Source: a virus (taxonomy: Duplodnaviria > Caudoviricetes). From it: DNA of 64,000 nucleotides. The stretch lies in the IMG/VR virus record IMGVR_UViG_3300018012_000099; one strand, 5' to 3'. A program made the position numbers and the translations under genes. Positions 1-8,992 of this stretch are shown here, in pieces. The first letter of the stretch is position 1; each line of letters starts with the position of its first letter. The notes under the pieces were generated by a model that searched no databases, was not told the origin of the DNA, and saw only the letters and a list, made by a program, of their open reading frames with translations.

Positions 1-8
1 AAGATTTT

Positions 9-617
9 TTGGAACGTAAGAAGAAAGTTATCAAGGTCAAGGTCGAAAATGGTAAGGAGGTTGAGGTAGTGACTGAGAAAATACAGTCAGATTCCAAAAC
101 CGCTGGCTTTTTCGAACGAGCCCAAATTATCAAAAGAGGCGAAGATGATGAAAAAGAAGACGTTCAACTTAACACCGTCAAATCCTCTAAGAAGCCCCGT
201 ACCTTTACCAGTGCTGCCGAAAAAACTCGATATCTTAAAGAAGTCAAGAAAAAGATTGAAAGCGAGGGTGCGCAAATTGCCATCGGGGAAACTGGTTTGG
301 CTTCGATGATTGATTCGAAAAATTTAGAGAGTGCCGACCCTGAATTAGTGTCGGCATTATCGTCAGAGTTGAGCGACGGAGATATAATCACTTCAGCACT
401 CCCCCCGGGTGGCTTGGACGATGAAGATGCTATGACCGATCGTATTTTATCTATTAATAGGGCGGCTGCGGGTAAAGGCAAAAGTAAGAGTAGTGAATAT
501 AATGAAGCTGATGTTAGGTCTCTTCGAGAGATGCATGATCGTGTAGCTAAGTCTAAAAAATCTTTCGAAGATGGTGAAAATCGTGGTGGTAAAGGTGGCG
601 GGTTTTCTAGGGTGTAA
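9..617 (+). CDS. Hypothetical charged protein, probably 5'-truncated by the window edge
   Basis: 202-aa ORF from a TTG at the window edge; stop followed 2 nt later by the next ORF. Confidence 0.65.
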   Translation: MERKKKVIKVKVENGKEVEVVTEKIQSDSKTAGFFERAQIIKRGEDDEKEDVQLNTVKSSKKPRTFTSAAEKTRYLKEVKKKIESEGAQIAIGETGLASMIDSKNLESADPELVSALSSELSDGDIITSALPPGGLDDEDAMTDRILSINRAAAGKGKSKSSEYNEADVRSLREMHDRVAKSKKSFEDGENRGGKGGGFSRV

Positions 618-619
618 AG

Positions 620-928
620 ATGATTCAAATTATCGATAATAAGAAAGTAGAGATGACGCCTGACGAACATCAAATGTATTTGAAGATCGTCAAGTCTTAC
701 ACCACCATGACTAATAAGGGCGAAGATCTATTTATTGATTTATTCGAGACTGATGAGAATGGTATCATTATCTTCCTTAAGCCACCCTCTAAAAGACAGA
801 CTAGTTTTGAAGTATGGATGTTTTTAATGGCACTTTGTCAGCATCAGCACTTGCGTCAAATGTACAAACAGGTAGAAGATGCAATTCAACAAATGAAAAC
901 GAAGATGCAAGAAATGTCTTTTAAATAA
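620..928 (+). CDS. Hypothetical protein
   Basis: 102-aa ORF tightly packed in the + strand operon. Confidence 0.7.
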   Translation: MIQIIDNKKVEMTPDEHQMYLKIVKSYTTMTNKGEDLFIDLFETDENGIIIFLKPPSKRQTSFEVWMFLMALCQHQHLRQMYKQVEDAIQQMKTKMQEMSFK

Positions 929-933
929 TTAAG

Positions 934-950
934 TTTGTCGAGAAAAAGTT
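934..950 (+). promoter_or_regulatory. 17-bp repeated intergenic element TTTGTCGAGAAAAAGTT, copy 1 (candidate early/middle promoter element)
   Basis: Identical copy at 3364-3380; both intergenic, with a TTGTCG -35-like hexamer followed by an AT-rich stretch. Confidence 0.55.
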
Positions 951-982
951 CGTTTAATTCAATATTATAGATAGGAAGACAG

Positions 983-1492
983 ATGGCTCAACAGGTAAGG
1001 CTTGGTGAACTCCTCGGAGACACCATGGAAGAAGAGTTTATTAATTTTGATATGACGGAAATCCAGCAAGTATTGGATAACCTTCGAGATATTAGTGCAA
1101 TCGATTTGGCTCACGCCGAACTATTGCAACAACAGTCGTTAAGAGCCGCAGATATTCTCATCGAATACATGGCTAAAATAGCTAAAACAGTAGGACATTT
1201 AGAAGCCAAAGTTAATAGCACAAAGAATAGGATCTCAATGGAGTACCAAGCACCTGAGGGCGCACGTACCACCTTGGATATGAAGAAATGGGCAGGAGAA
1301 ACGTCGCCCGAAGTAGTTGAAGTGCAGACTAGGTTAGCCGCCGCCAAAGGAAGTAAGGTTTACCTGGACCGAAAATACGAGATTTTAGTCAAAGCCCACC
1401 ATCATTTTAAAGATATTGCGGCGGGCATGCGTAAGACGATCCTTGGATATAGTTCAGGTACCTCGGAACCCACGGCATCAGGCTGGGAATAA
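983..1492 (+). CDS. Hypothetical helical protein, possibly a UvsY-like recombination mediator
   Basis: 169 aa, RBS-like AGGAAG, directly upstream of recA; function inferred only from position and helical character. Confidence 0.6.
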   Translation: MAQQVRLGELLGDTMEEEFINFDMTEIQQVLDNLRDISAIDLAHAELLQQQSLRAADILIEYMAKIAKTVGHLEAKVNSTKNRISMEYQAPEGARTTLDMKKWAGETSPEVVEVQTRLAAAKGSKVYLDRKYEILVKAHHHFKDIAAGMRKTILGYSSGTSEPTASGWE

Positions 1493-1503
1493 TTGGAGAG
1501 AAA

Positions 1504-2697
1504 ATGGCAGATGGTAAGAAGGATAAGTTTAGCGAGTTTTTCGCAAGCTTTGCAGAATCGGAAGATCATTTAGATTTCAGAATTGCTCACGAAACTGTTG
1601 GTGAAAAAATTCCAGCTATTTCTACTGGCTCTTACGCTTTGGATGATGCCCTATCTTCTGGTGGGCTTCCTAAGGGAAGATTAATTCAATATTACGGACC
1701 TCCCGGAAGCGGTAAGACTCTAATGGCTTTAATCGCCATCGTAGAGGCACAGAAAGATGATCCTACTGCACAGCAGATGTTCATCGATGCAGAACAGACT
1801 TTTGATCCGAATTGGGCGGAGATTCTAGGAGTAGATACTTCTAGAGTAATAGTAGTTGATAGTGACACTGCCGCTAATGGTCGCAAATGTTTCGAGATGC
1901 TCTTGGGTGTTCCTAAGGAAGATGCTAAGACTCATCAACTAAAAGGTAAAAGCAAGCCGGGACTGTTTGATAATATTATTAGTGGCGATTTCAACATCAA
2001 TCTAATTGTGTTGGACTCACTGGGTTCCATCGTCCCGCCGGGAGAAGATACTTCTGCAGTTGGTAAAATGAACATGGCTCTTCTAGCCAGATTTCTTACA
2101 ACTACTTTCCGCAAGCTTACTTTGGAAGTGAATAAAGCGCAGGTTCCTTTCATTATTATCAATCATCAGAAAGATAACATGGATCCATATGGTGCAGATC
2201 ATACATTCTCTGGTGGAAACACTTACGCACATACTTTGAGCGCAAATGTTTATTTCGAAGCAGTTCAACGTAAAGATGCTATGATCTTGGACGAGAAGGA
2301 AAACAAGATTGGGCATCCTCTTCGCGCTACTATCGAAAAGTCTAAATTTGGACCTTGGCCACGCAAGTGTGAATTTAAGGTGAACTTTGGAATTGGTGTT
2401 ATAGATAAGCACGAAGAAATCGCACAGCTTGCTTTAGATTACAATGTAGTGACCAAGCCGTCTACCGTGTCTCACGAGTACGGCGACCGTAAATGGGTCG
2501 GTTTTCCTAAGTATTCTGAAGCTATCAAAGACGATTCGGTTCTGGCAGACGAGCTACTGGTTAAAATAAATGCAGCTCGTGAAGCTAAAATGGAAGCCAA
2601 GCGCCAAGAACAAGCTGCAAAGAGAGCCGCTTTTGAAGCGACTGTTGCAGCCGCTCCTGAAAAGAAGACCAAGAAAGGTAAGAAAGATGCCGACTGA
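1504..2697 (+). CDS. recA: RecA/UvsX recombinase
   Basis: ISTGSYALDDAL..GGLPKGR, Walker A GPPGSGKT, FIDAEQ, Walker B LIVLDS, IIINH, KSKFGP. Confidence 0.95.
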   Translation: MADGKKDKFSEFFASFAESEDHLDFRIAHETVGEKIPAISTGSYALDDALSSGGLPKGRLIQYYGPPGSGKTLMALIAIVEAQKDDPTAQQMFIDAEQTFDPNWAEILGVDTSRVIVVDSDTAANGRKCFEMLLGVPKEDAKTHQLKGKSKPGLFDNIISGDFNINLIVLDSLGSIVPPGEDTSAVGKMNMALLARFLTTTFRKLTLEVNKAQVPFIIINHQKDNMDPYGADHTFSGGNTYAHTLSANVYFEAVQRKDAMILDEKENKIGHPLRATIEKSKFGPWPRKCEFKVNFGIGVIDKHEEIAQLALDYNVVTKPSTVSHEYGDRKWVGFPKYSEAIKDDSVLADELLVKINAAREAKMEAKRQEQAAKRAAFEATVAAAPEKKTKKGKKDAD

Positions 2698-3025
2698 TAT
2701 TGCAATAGGAACAGCTAATTTGCCAACCGGAACCCCAATACTCAAGAAACCCGTCTATCTAATAGTGCTAGTAGATGGTTCTGGTAAGACAGCGACAGAG
2801 ACGAATTTTATTGCCACCGATCGTCCAGATCTATCCTACGGTTTTGTTTCAGTAAGGGGAATTTATTGCGAAGCTGATAAAGAAGAGATTGTAAAGAACT
2901 TTGCAGAGCTTGTTAATAAAGCTCCGAAAGATACGGTATTAGAAATGGTATTCCCGGCTCATAGAATTAAGAGCATCAGAAGTTTAGTTTTTAATGCTGT
3001 CAAACCTACTATGGTTAGTAGATAA
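2687..3025 (+). CDS. Hypothetical protein
   Basis: Likely start ATG 2687 (MPTDIAIG) overlapping the recA end; the ORF-track start at 2570 lies inside recA. Confidence 0.65.
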   Translation: MPTDIAIGTANLPTGTPILKKPVYLIVLVDGSGKTATETNFIATDRPDLSYGFVSVRGIYCEADKEEIVKNFAELVNKAPKDTVLEMVFPAHRIKSIRSLVFNAVKPTMVSR

Positions 3026-3045
3026 TTAAGAAAGTGAGATAGAAC

Positions 3046-3363
3046 ATGTCATCTAAGAGAAAGTCAACAAGTGTCCGTAGCAGCACCACTCAAATCAGCG
3101 TCGATGATGTTGTATTAAGTGGTATTCTAACGGTGTTGGTTAGAAGCGATGTAAGAGGTTGGTCTGGTACAATGACGGATCTGCAAACAGCTCTCGTCAG
3201 AGTATTGGGCAAGAGACGCTCTTTGGTTCTCCCTGGTTCACCAGGGGCTCTAAGAGTCGTAGTTAATAGGGTGGTCAATCGACTACGCACCCGTGGTATC
3301 AGCGTAAGATTTACTCGTACGCCTGATCATGCAAGAACTCGTTTCGTAAAATTTTCTAGATAA
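3046..3363 (+). CDS. Small basic protein, winged-helix-like
   Basis: 105 aa, Arg-rich; WSGTMTDL...LPGSPGAL...NRL..RGISV resembles C-terminal wHTH domains of phage/plasmid primase-helicases. Confidence 0.6.
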   Translation: MSSKRKSTSVRSSTTQISVDDVVLSGILTVLVRSDVRGWSGTMTDLQTALVRVLGKRRSLVLPGSPGALRVVVNRVVNRLRTRGISVRFTRTPDHARTRFVKFSR

Positions 3364-3380
3364 TTTGTCGAGAAAAAGTT
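3364..3380 (+). promoter_or_regulatory. 17-bp repeated intergenic element, copy 2
   Basis: Identical to 934-950; TATATT lies 18 nt after TTGTCG. Confidence 0.55.
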
Positions 3381-3401
3381 TAGCGCAATATATTTATAAG
3401 C

Positions 3402-4073
3402 ATGACAAAAACATGCTCTAAATGTAAAATAGAAAAAGATCTATCCACTTTCTCAAAAAGTAAGAGAGGTAAAGGTGGATACAGAGCAGAGTGTAAAGAT
3501 TGCGAAAAACTGTATCGTAAAATTAATAGTAAAAGAAGGCAGGAATATAAAAAGTCTTATTATGAAGATAATAAGACTCAAATAAAAGAATATCAGAAAA
3601 ATAATCAGGAAGAAATAAGAAAATACAAACAGGAATGGTGTAAGAAAAATACTGAAAAATCTAAAATACATAGAAGAGCTTATTTGAATGATCGTTATAA
3701 AAGCGATCCACTTTTTAGATTACACAGGATAGTTTCAAAAGCAACTTATGAGAGCTTGCGAAAAATAGATAGTAGTAAAAATAATCAATCAGTTTTAAAG
3801 TTTTTACCTTTCGAATCTTGGGCAAAATTGAAAAATCATATAGAAAAACAGTTTGAACCCTGGATGACTTGGGATAATCAAGGTAAATATGATCCAAAAA
3901 CATGGAACGATAATGATCAATCTACATGGACTTGGCAGCTGGATCATATCATCCCGCAAAGTAGGTTCAAGTATAGCTCGATGAATGATGAAGAGTTTAG
4001 AAAATGTTGGGCGTTAGATAATCTTCGTCCATATCCATCTAAACATAATGTAACAGAAAAAGATAGAAGATAA
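3402..4073 (+). CDS. HNH homing-endonuclease-like protein
   Basis: N-terminal CxxC...CxxC zinc motif, Lys-rich linker, C-terminal WQLDHIIP...CWALDNLRP; paralog at 63778-64000. Confidence 0.85.
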   Translation: MTKTCSKCKIEKDLSTFSKSKRGKGGYRAECKDCEKLYRKINSKRRQEYKKSYYEDNKTQIKEYQKNNQEEIRKYKQEWCKKNTEKSKIHRRAYLNDRYKSDPLFRLHRIVSKATYESLRKIDSSKNNQSVLKFLPFESWAKLKNHIEKQFEPWMTWDNQGKYDPKTWNDNDQSTWTWQLDHIIPQSRFKYSSMNDEEFRKCWALDNLRPYPSKHNVTEKDRR

Positions 4074-4090
4074 TATCAATAGGAGATCAA

Positions 4091-4816
4091 ATGAGTACAT
4101 TTGGAGAAGTAAGCTGGAATGATGATGTTTTCGCCGGCGAAAATAAGAAACAAACAAATAGTAAGGACCTCTTCCTTCGTCTCAGTGATGGAGATAATGA
4201 GATGAGAATTGTCACCCAACCTTTTCAATACTTGGTTCACAAGTACAAGAAGGAAGGTGATGCTGGATTCGGACAGAAAATTAATTGTTCCGCTATTCAC
4301 GGAAGTTGCCCACTCTGTGCGTTGGGTGATAAAGCTAAGCCACGTTGGCTGCTCGGTGTAATCAGCAAGAGTGGCGCTACATCTGGCACCTATAAGATCC
4401 TGGATATTTCTTTCGCTGTTTTCGGGCAAATCCGCAAGTATGCAAGAAACACCAAGACTTGGGGTGATCCAACCAAGTACGACATCAACATTGTCGTCAA
4501 TAAGAACGCTGACCCAATCAGCTACTACCAAGTTCAACCAATTCCTAAGAGCGCACTAACTGCTGAAGAGCAGAAGGTTCGTGATGAGAAGGTGGACATG
4601 GATGACCTGAAGCGCAGAGTAACTCCACCTACCGCTGATGTTGTGCAGAAGAGAATGGATAAGATCAACGGTGTTGCTACCGACGCTTCTGTCAATGGTA
4701 AGAAGACTGCTGCTGCCTCAAAGGTTGCCTCTAAGGCTACTACTCCGGCAGTTAGCATGACTGATGATGAAGATTTGGAAAATTCTTTTCCATCTTATGA
4801 CGAGCAACAATCATAA
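4091..4816 (+). CDS. ssb: Single-stranded DNA-binding protein (gp32-like)
   Basis: FLRL..GDN.MRI, His/Cys cluster (H...C...CPLC), acidic C-terminal tail, strong RBS AGGAG, biased codon usage. Confidence 0.72.
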   Translation: MSTFGEVSWNDDVFAGENKKQTNSKDLFLRLSDGDNEMRIVTQPFQYLVHKYKKEGDAGFGQKINCSAIHGSCPLCALGDKAKPRWLLGVISKSGATSGTYKILDISFAVFGQIRKYARNTKTWGDPTKYDINIVVNKNADPISYYQVQPIPKSALTAEEQKVRDEKVDMDDLKRRVTPPTADVVQKRMDKINGVATDASVNGKKTAAASKVASKATTPAVSMTDDEDLENSFPSYDEQQS

Positions 4817-4838
4817 GATCGTTTCTGCTTCCTGAGTA

Positions 4839-4878
4839 AAAGGCTTCAAGGATAATACTTTGAAGCCTTTCTAGTTTT
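4839..4878 (+). terminator. Intrinsic terminator after ssb
   Basis: 11-bp stem AAAGGCTTCAA/TTGAAGCCTTT followed by a T-rich tract. Confidence 0.7.
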
Positions 4879-4894
4879 ATCGATAGGAGTTAAT

Positions 4895-5275
4895 GTGGGA
4901 TATAGGACTCAAAGAATTACCGATCGTTTCAAATACGAAAGGGACAAAGAACGTAAACAGGAAAGAACAGAAAATCGTAATAAACAACATATGAAATTAT
5001 GGAATGTGGCTACATTTAGTTGGATAGGAAAGTCTTTTGAAACTGTACAAAATCCTATTTTCATGTCTTTTGTTAGCACAATTGCTACATTTTTAGCCGC
5101 CTATTTCTGTTTTGGTCTCGTATGGTGGAAGTTTGGGCTAATAGCTTCTGCTCCTTATATATTACAATTATCCATTTGGCTGATAAGGAAGTTTGTTCTA
5201 AATGTCAGTCGCATGTTAAAGTGGTGGGATCGTTTTTATGACTGGTGTAATAGAAAAAATTCCGGTCTAGAATAA
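4895..5275 (+). CDS. Hypothetical membrane protein
   Basis: 126 aa; charged N-terminus followed by hydrophobic segments (FMSFVSTIATFLAAYFCFGLVWW; FGLIASAPYILQLSIWLI). Confidence 0.6.
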   Translation: MGYRTQRITDRFKYERDKERKQERTENRNKQHMKLWNVATFSWIGKSFETVQNPIFMSFVSTIATFLAAYFCFGLVWWKFGLIASAPYILQLSIWLIRKFVLNVSRMLKWWDRFYDWCNRKNSGLE

Positions 5276-5324
5276 CCGATTGTAGTATTTTCGGCAACTT
5301 CTACTAATATTTTTTCATCTGTGT

Positions 5325-5969
5325 ATGATTAAACGAGTAATTAGCATAGGTGAGCCGCAAGAGCCACGACAATGTCCAGTTTGCAAAAGAAAATTGCCAA
5401 TTCAGCACTTTATAGATACTGTCAATTTATTTAAGTTGTGCGAAGAGTGTCGAGAAAAGGGACGTATAGCTAATGCTAAAAGAAAAGAAGCACGATCGAA
5501 ACAAGCCAAAGAGCATTATCAAGTTCACAAAGAAGATATTAGCAAACGCAACAAAGAGTGGCGAAAGAAAAACAAAAATAAATTAAGTGAGTACGAAAAA
5601 AGTGATTTCAGAAAACAAAAAAATAAAGAGTGGAGAGAGCAAAAAAGAGTAGAAGATCGTTTTAGATTTGTTTGGTACGCTGCGAAGAGACGAGCAAAAG
5701 CTGCTAACGTTCCCTTCACCATAAGTAAGCGGAATATTATCGATATATTCCCTTCAGATGGGAAGTGTCCGATGTTAGGTATAGAGCTACAGTTTAACAA
5801 TAAGAAGTCATGCGATAACTCGCCATCCTTGGACAGAATTATTCCGAGCGTGGGATATGTGCCCGGCAATATACAACTCATCTCTTACAGAGCCAATAGG
5901 ATCAAGAACGATGCTAGCCTCGAAGAGCTAAAAAGTATTGTAGCTTTTCTTGAGCGAGGCGTCAAATGA
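5325..5969 (+). CDS. HNH-type endonuclease
   Basis: CPVC...CEEC, then CPMLG...SPSLDRIIP..GYVPGNIQLIS..AN..KN. Confidence 0.8.
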   Translation: MIKRVISIGEPQEPRQCPVCKRKLPIQHFIDTVNLFKLCEECREKGRIANAKRKEARSKQAKEHYQVHKEDISKRNKEWRKKNKNKLSEYEKSDFRKQKNKEWREQKRVEDRFRFVWYAAKRRAKAANVPFTISKRNIIDIFPSDGKCPMLGIELQFNNKKSCDNSPSLDRIIPSVGYVPGNIQLISYRANRIKNDASLEELKSIVAFLERGVK

Positions 5970-6514
5970 AGAGAGTGCTTGGCTTCGACGTGTCCAGCTC
6001 GACGATCGGATATTGTGTATTAGAAGTTAGCGATAGCAACGATATTCAATTCATTTTATGCAATTATATTAAGCCTATCAAGAAGGGCAGTATCATTGAG
6101 CGTATAGTGCATACTCGTGATGTTATTCAGAGTATTATTGATCAAGTAAAACCAGATTATATTGCCATTGAAGATATCATTCAATTTATGGCTGGTGCAT
6201 CTACTGCAAAAACAATTATCATGTTGACCAGTTTCAATAGGATGATTAGTTTAGTAGCTTATGATTATTTGAAGAAATGTCCATCACTATATAGTGTTAT
6301 GACAATTCGTCATGGGTTAAAAATTAATAAGATTTTACCTAAGAAGGAAGAGATTCCTGAATTGGTAGCTAAGCACCTAAAGATTACGTTTCCCTATCTC
6401 TTTAACAAAAAGGGCAAAATTAAGGTGGAGAGTTACGATATGGCGGATGGTGTAGCGGTAGCACTCTACCACGCTCTCGTTCTCACCCAACGCATTAAGG
6501 TCAAGAAAAAATGA
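5966..6514 (+). CDS. ruvC: RuvC-like Holliday junction resolvase
   Basis: VLGFDVSSSTIGY, PDYIAIED, C-terminal DMADGVAVA (RNase H-fold acidic residues); ATGA overlap. Confidence 0.8.
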   Translation: MKRVLGFDVSSSTIGYCVLEVSDSNDIQFILCNYIKPIKKGSIIERIVHTRDVIQSIIDQVKPDYIAIEDIIQFMAGASTAKTIIMLTSFNRMISLVAYDYLKKCPSLYSVMTIRHGLKINKILPKKEEIPELVAKHLKITFPYLFNKKGKIKVESYDMADGVAVALYHALVLTQRIKVKKK

Positions 6515-7467
6515 AATTATCTGAAGCTTATTCAATATTAGAAATACCCCAGACAGCCACGCCAGAGGAAGCTAAGAAGAAGTACCGAGAACTTGCTAAA
6601 AAGCTTCATCCAGACGTCAATAAAGCGCCCGATGCCGAAGCCAAGTTTAAAAAGATCAACGAAGCCTATCAGATTATTGAATCAGGTGAAGAGACCGATC
6701 TTCCTACTGGTAACCCTTTCAATCGTAGCTATGATCCCTTTCGTAATCCATTTGATCCTTTTAGTTCATCTAGAAAACAATATTATGCTGGAAACATAAG
6801 TGTTCAGCTTACCATTTCTTTTAAAGATTCAGTTCAAGGAGTAAAGAAGGAAATAAAATACTCTCGTCAAATCAAATGCCCACATTGTCATGGAAGTGGT
6901 AATAAGCCCATTAATAATGGTTGTAAGAAATGTAGTGGTCGTGGTCAAACTACGGTACGTCAAGGTGGAGCAGTTTATATCCAAACTTGCTCGGAGTGTA
7001 TGGGCAGAAGCAAAACTGTTCCCTGTACCGAATGTAATAATGCTGGCGTATTAAGTAGTGAAGCGTCGGTACACGTTTCGATACCCCCAGCGGTCGTAGA
7101 TGGTAATATTTTGCGTCTTCAAAGTATGGGTAATTTTGCAGGAACCTTGATGGGGCTACAAGATCAATATACAGACGTGCATGTACATATACACGTGACT
7201 CCAGAAGAGGGTCTAAAACTAGTAGGTAAAGATATAGTGTCAGATTTAAATATTTCTCTATTAGATGCTTTGCGTGGTTGTACTCGAAAAATCAAATCTA
7301 TTGATGGTAATATGTCGATAACAATAGCTGATGGTACAAAAAACAAAGACGAAGTAGTTTTATCAGTAGGAGATAATAATAGTGTCAAGCATCGCGTCAT
7401 TATCAATGTAGAATATCCTATCAATTTGGACAAATTGATTGATGTCTTACTTGAAGAGGAAAATTAA
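6511..7467 (+). CDS. dnaJ: DnaJ (Hsp40) chaperone with J domain and zinc finger
   Basis: KKYRELAKKLHPDVN (HPD motif), four CxxCxGxG-like repeats, C-terminal LRLQSMGN domain. Confidence 0.93.
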   Translation: MKLSEAYSILEIPQTATPEEAKKKYRELAKKLHPDVNKAPDAEAKFKKINEAYQIIESGEETDLPTGNPFNRSYDPFRNPFDPFSSSRKQYYAGNISVQLTISFKDSVQGVKKEIKYSRQIKCPHCHGSGNKPINNGCKKCSGRGQTTVRQGGAVYIQTCSECMGRSKTVPCTECNNAGVLSSEASVHVSIPPAVVDGNILRLQSMGNFAGTLMGLQDQYTDVHVHIHVTPEEGLKLVGKDIVSDLNISLLDALRGCTRKIKSIDGNMSITIADGTKNKDEVVLSVGDNNSVKHRVIINVEYPINLDKLIDVLLEEEN

Positions 7468-7806
7468 ATGCCATTTAGTATGAATTGTACCAATAAGGGA
7501 TGCCATAAAGTAATGGAGCCTTATATTGATCCTAAAGATGATAAAGTCTATTGTTCTGCTTGCGACAAAGAAATATCTAATGTTACTCATTTTGCTAAAG
7601 TGCAAATGAAGACCCTCAGACAATTTAAGCAAAAGAAAGTTATTTCTTTTGCTGTTAAGTGTCAAAAGTGTGGAAAAGAGGATCGTCCTAAGTTAGTGGG
7701 TGAGGATATAGTATGTAGGGCTTGTAACAAGCCGCACGAGCATCTTAGTGAACCCTTTAAAGTGATGCTGAGAGATAAACTTAGAACTGTAGCACAAGAC
7801 GTTTAA
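7468..7806 (+). CDS. Double zinc-ribbon protein
   Basis: CTNKGC...CSAC and CQKC...CRAC; abuts dnaJ and precedes the primase. Confidence 0.75.
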   Translation: MPFSMNCTNKGCHKVMEPYIDPKDDKVYCSACDKEISNVTHFAKVQMKTLRQFKQKKVISFAVKCQKCGKEDRPKLVGEDIVCRACNKPHEHLSEPFKVMLRDKLRTVAQDV

Positions 7807-7817
7807 GAAAGTCAATT

Positions 7818-8585
7818 ATGTTCGACAAAATCATTGAGTCTTGTCGTTTTCTATTAGAAAATTATCCGGAAGCGCAAGAAGTGAAATCCTATTTAGATGT
7901 TCGTCTTGGCCACGCAAGTCAAGAACTCTTTCAGTTTGGATATTTTCCAAACACTGATCATATTCGGGTTTTAGCAGATTTGGTCGGTGAAGATACCTTA
8001 CTTAAAGATGAATTGCTGTATTATAAATACATGGAAGACTCTCTTTTTCCTCGACGTTTCAAGTTTTGTTATTTTGAACAGCATCCACTTATTATGCCGT
8101 TCCGTGATCCCTATGGAGAGATTGTTGGAATAGTAGCCAGAACTTTACTTCCCGAAGATGAAAGAAAAGCTAAAAAGATAGTTAAGTATAAGAATACAAA
8201 GAACTTTAAGAAGGGATATCGTGTTTTTGGCTTGTTTGAAAATAAACAACACATCATAGATCAAAATAGTATTTATATTGTAGAGGGACAGTTTGATGCT
8301 ATTAAGGCAATGGAAATAGGTTTTAGGAATATTGTAGCTATAGGAAACAATAATATGACTTCCTATCAATTTTCCGTCATTAGCAGATACACTAATAACA
8401 TATTTTTGTTATTAGATAATGATGAAGCTGGCGCATTAGGGAGGGAACGCACGTTACATAAATTTGGCAGTTTAGCCAATATTCGTAATTTTTATATTCC
8501 AGAAGCCTACAAGGACGTAGACGAATACATTACCAAAGAAAAAATTGGTGATTACGCGAACATGTCGTTTGTCGTTAAAGACTAA
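7818..8585 (+). CDS. dnaG: DNA primase catalytic core (Toprim), no N-terminal CHC2 zinc domain
   Basis: LIMPFRD..G.IVG...R, KYKNT, IYIVEGQFDAI, LLLDNDEAG, YKDVDEY. Confidence 0.87.
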   Translation: MFDKIIESCRFLLENYPEAQEVKSYLDVRLGHASQELFQFGYFPNTDHIRVLADLVGEDTLLKDELLYYKYMEDSLFPRRFKFCYFEQHPLIMPFRDPYGEIVGIVARTLLPEDERKAKKIVKYKNTKNFKKGYRVFGLFENKQHIIDQNSIYIVEGQFDAIKAMEIGFRNIVAIGNNNMTSYQFSVISRYTNNIFLLLDNDEAGALGRERTLHKFGSLANIRNFYIPEAYKDVDEYITKEKIGDYANMSFVVKD

Positions 8586-8594
8586 AGAGGTAAT

Positions 8595-8930
8595 ATGTCA
8601 AAAAAGTTATTAGCATGGGAAGAACATACCAGACAAAATACAATAGATGGTCAGCCTTTTGGAGGAATGATTACTTATTGGCGCCGCTGCGACGAAAATG
8701 GAAAAGAAATAATTTATCTAAGTCCAGAAGGAGTAAAACCGTCACAATGTTGGGCTTGGATGTTTTGTGATTTTGGTTCCAGGCTTTGTGGTAGCTGTGA
8801 TGATTTTGAGTGTGCGAAAATGGGTGCTGACGAAGTGGCACAACGATTAGGTTATGAGGTTGAGATAAAAGTGGGTGTTTTTAGTAAAATACGAAATGTG
8901 TTAGAAGAATTACTTGAGTTTAGGTTTTGA
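8595..8930 (+). CDS. Hypothetical protein
   Basis: 111 aa with RBS AGAGG. Confidence 0.6.
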   Translation: MSKKLLAWEEHTRQNTIDGQPFGGMITYWRRCDENGKEIIYLSPEGVKPSQCWAWMFCDFGSRLCGSCDDFECAKMGADEVAQRLGYEVEIKVGVFSKIRNVLEELLEFRF

Positions 8931-8992
8931 GATAAATCGTAGCGACCGATACCAAAGGCAATAACCGTGTTATATAATGTATAGGAGATACT

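Noticed and set aside
2570-2686. Extended 5' ends in the ORF track (2570, 29151, 37394, 38593, 41839, 46926, 53376)
   Set aside because: They overlap upstream genes or promoter-like motifs; downstream ATGs have better RBS or coupling
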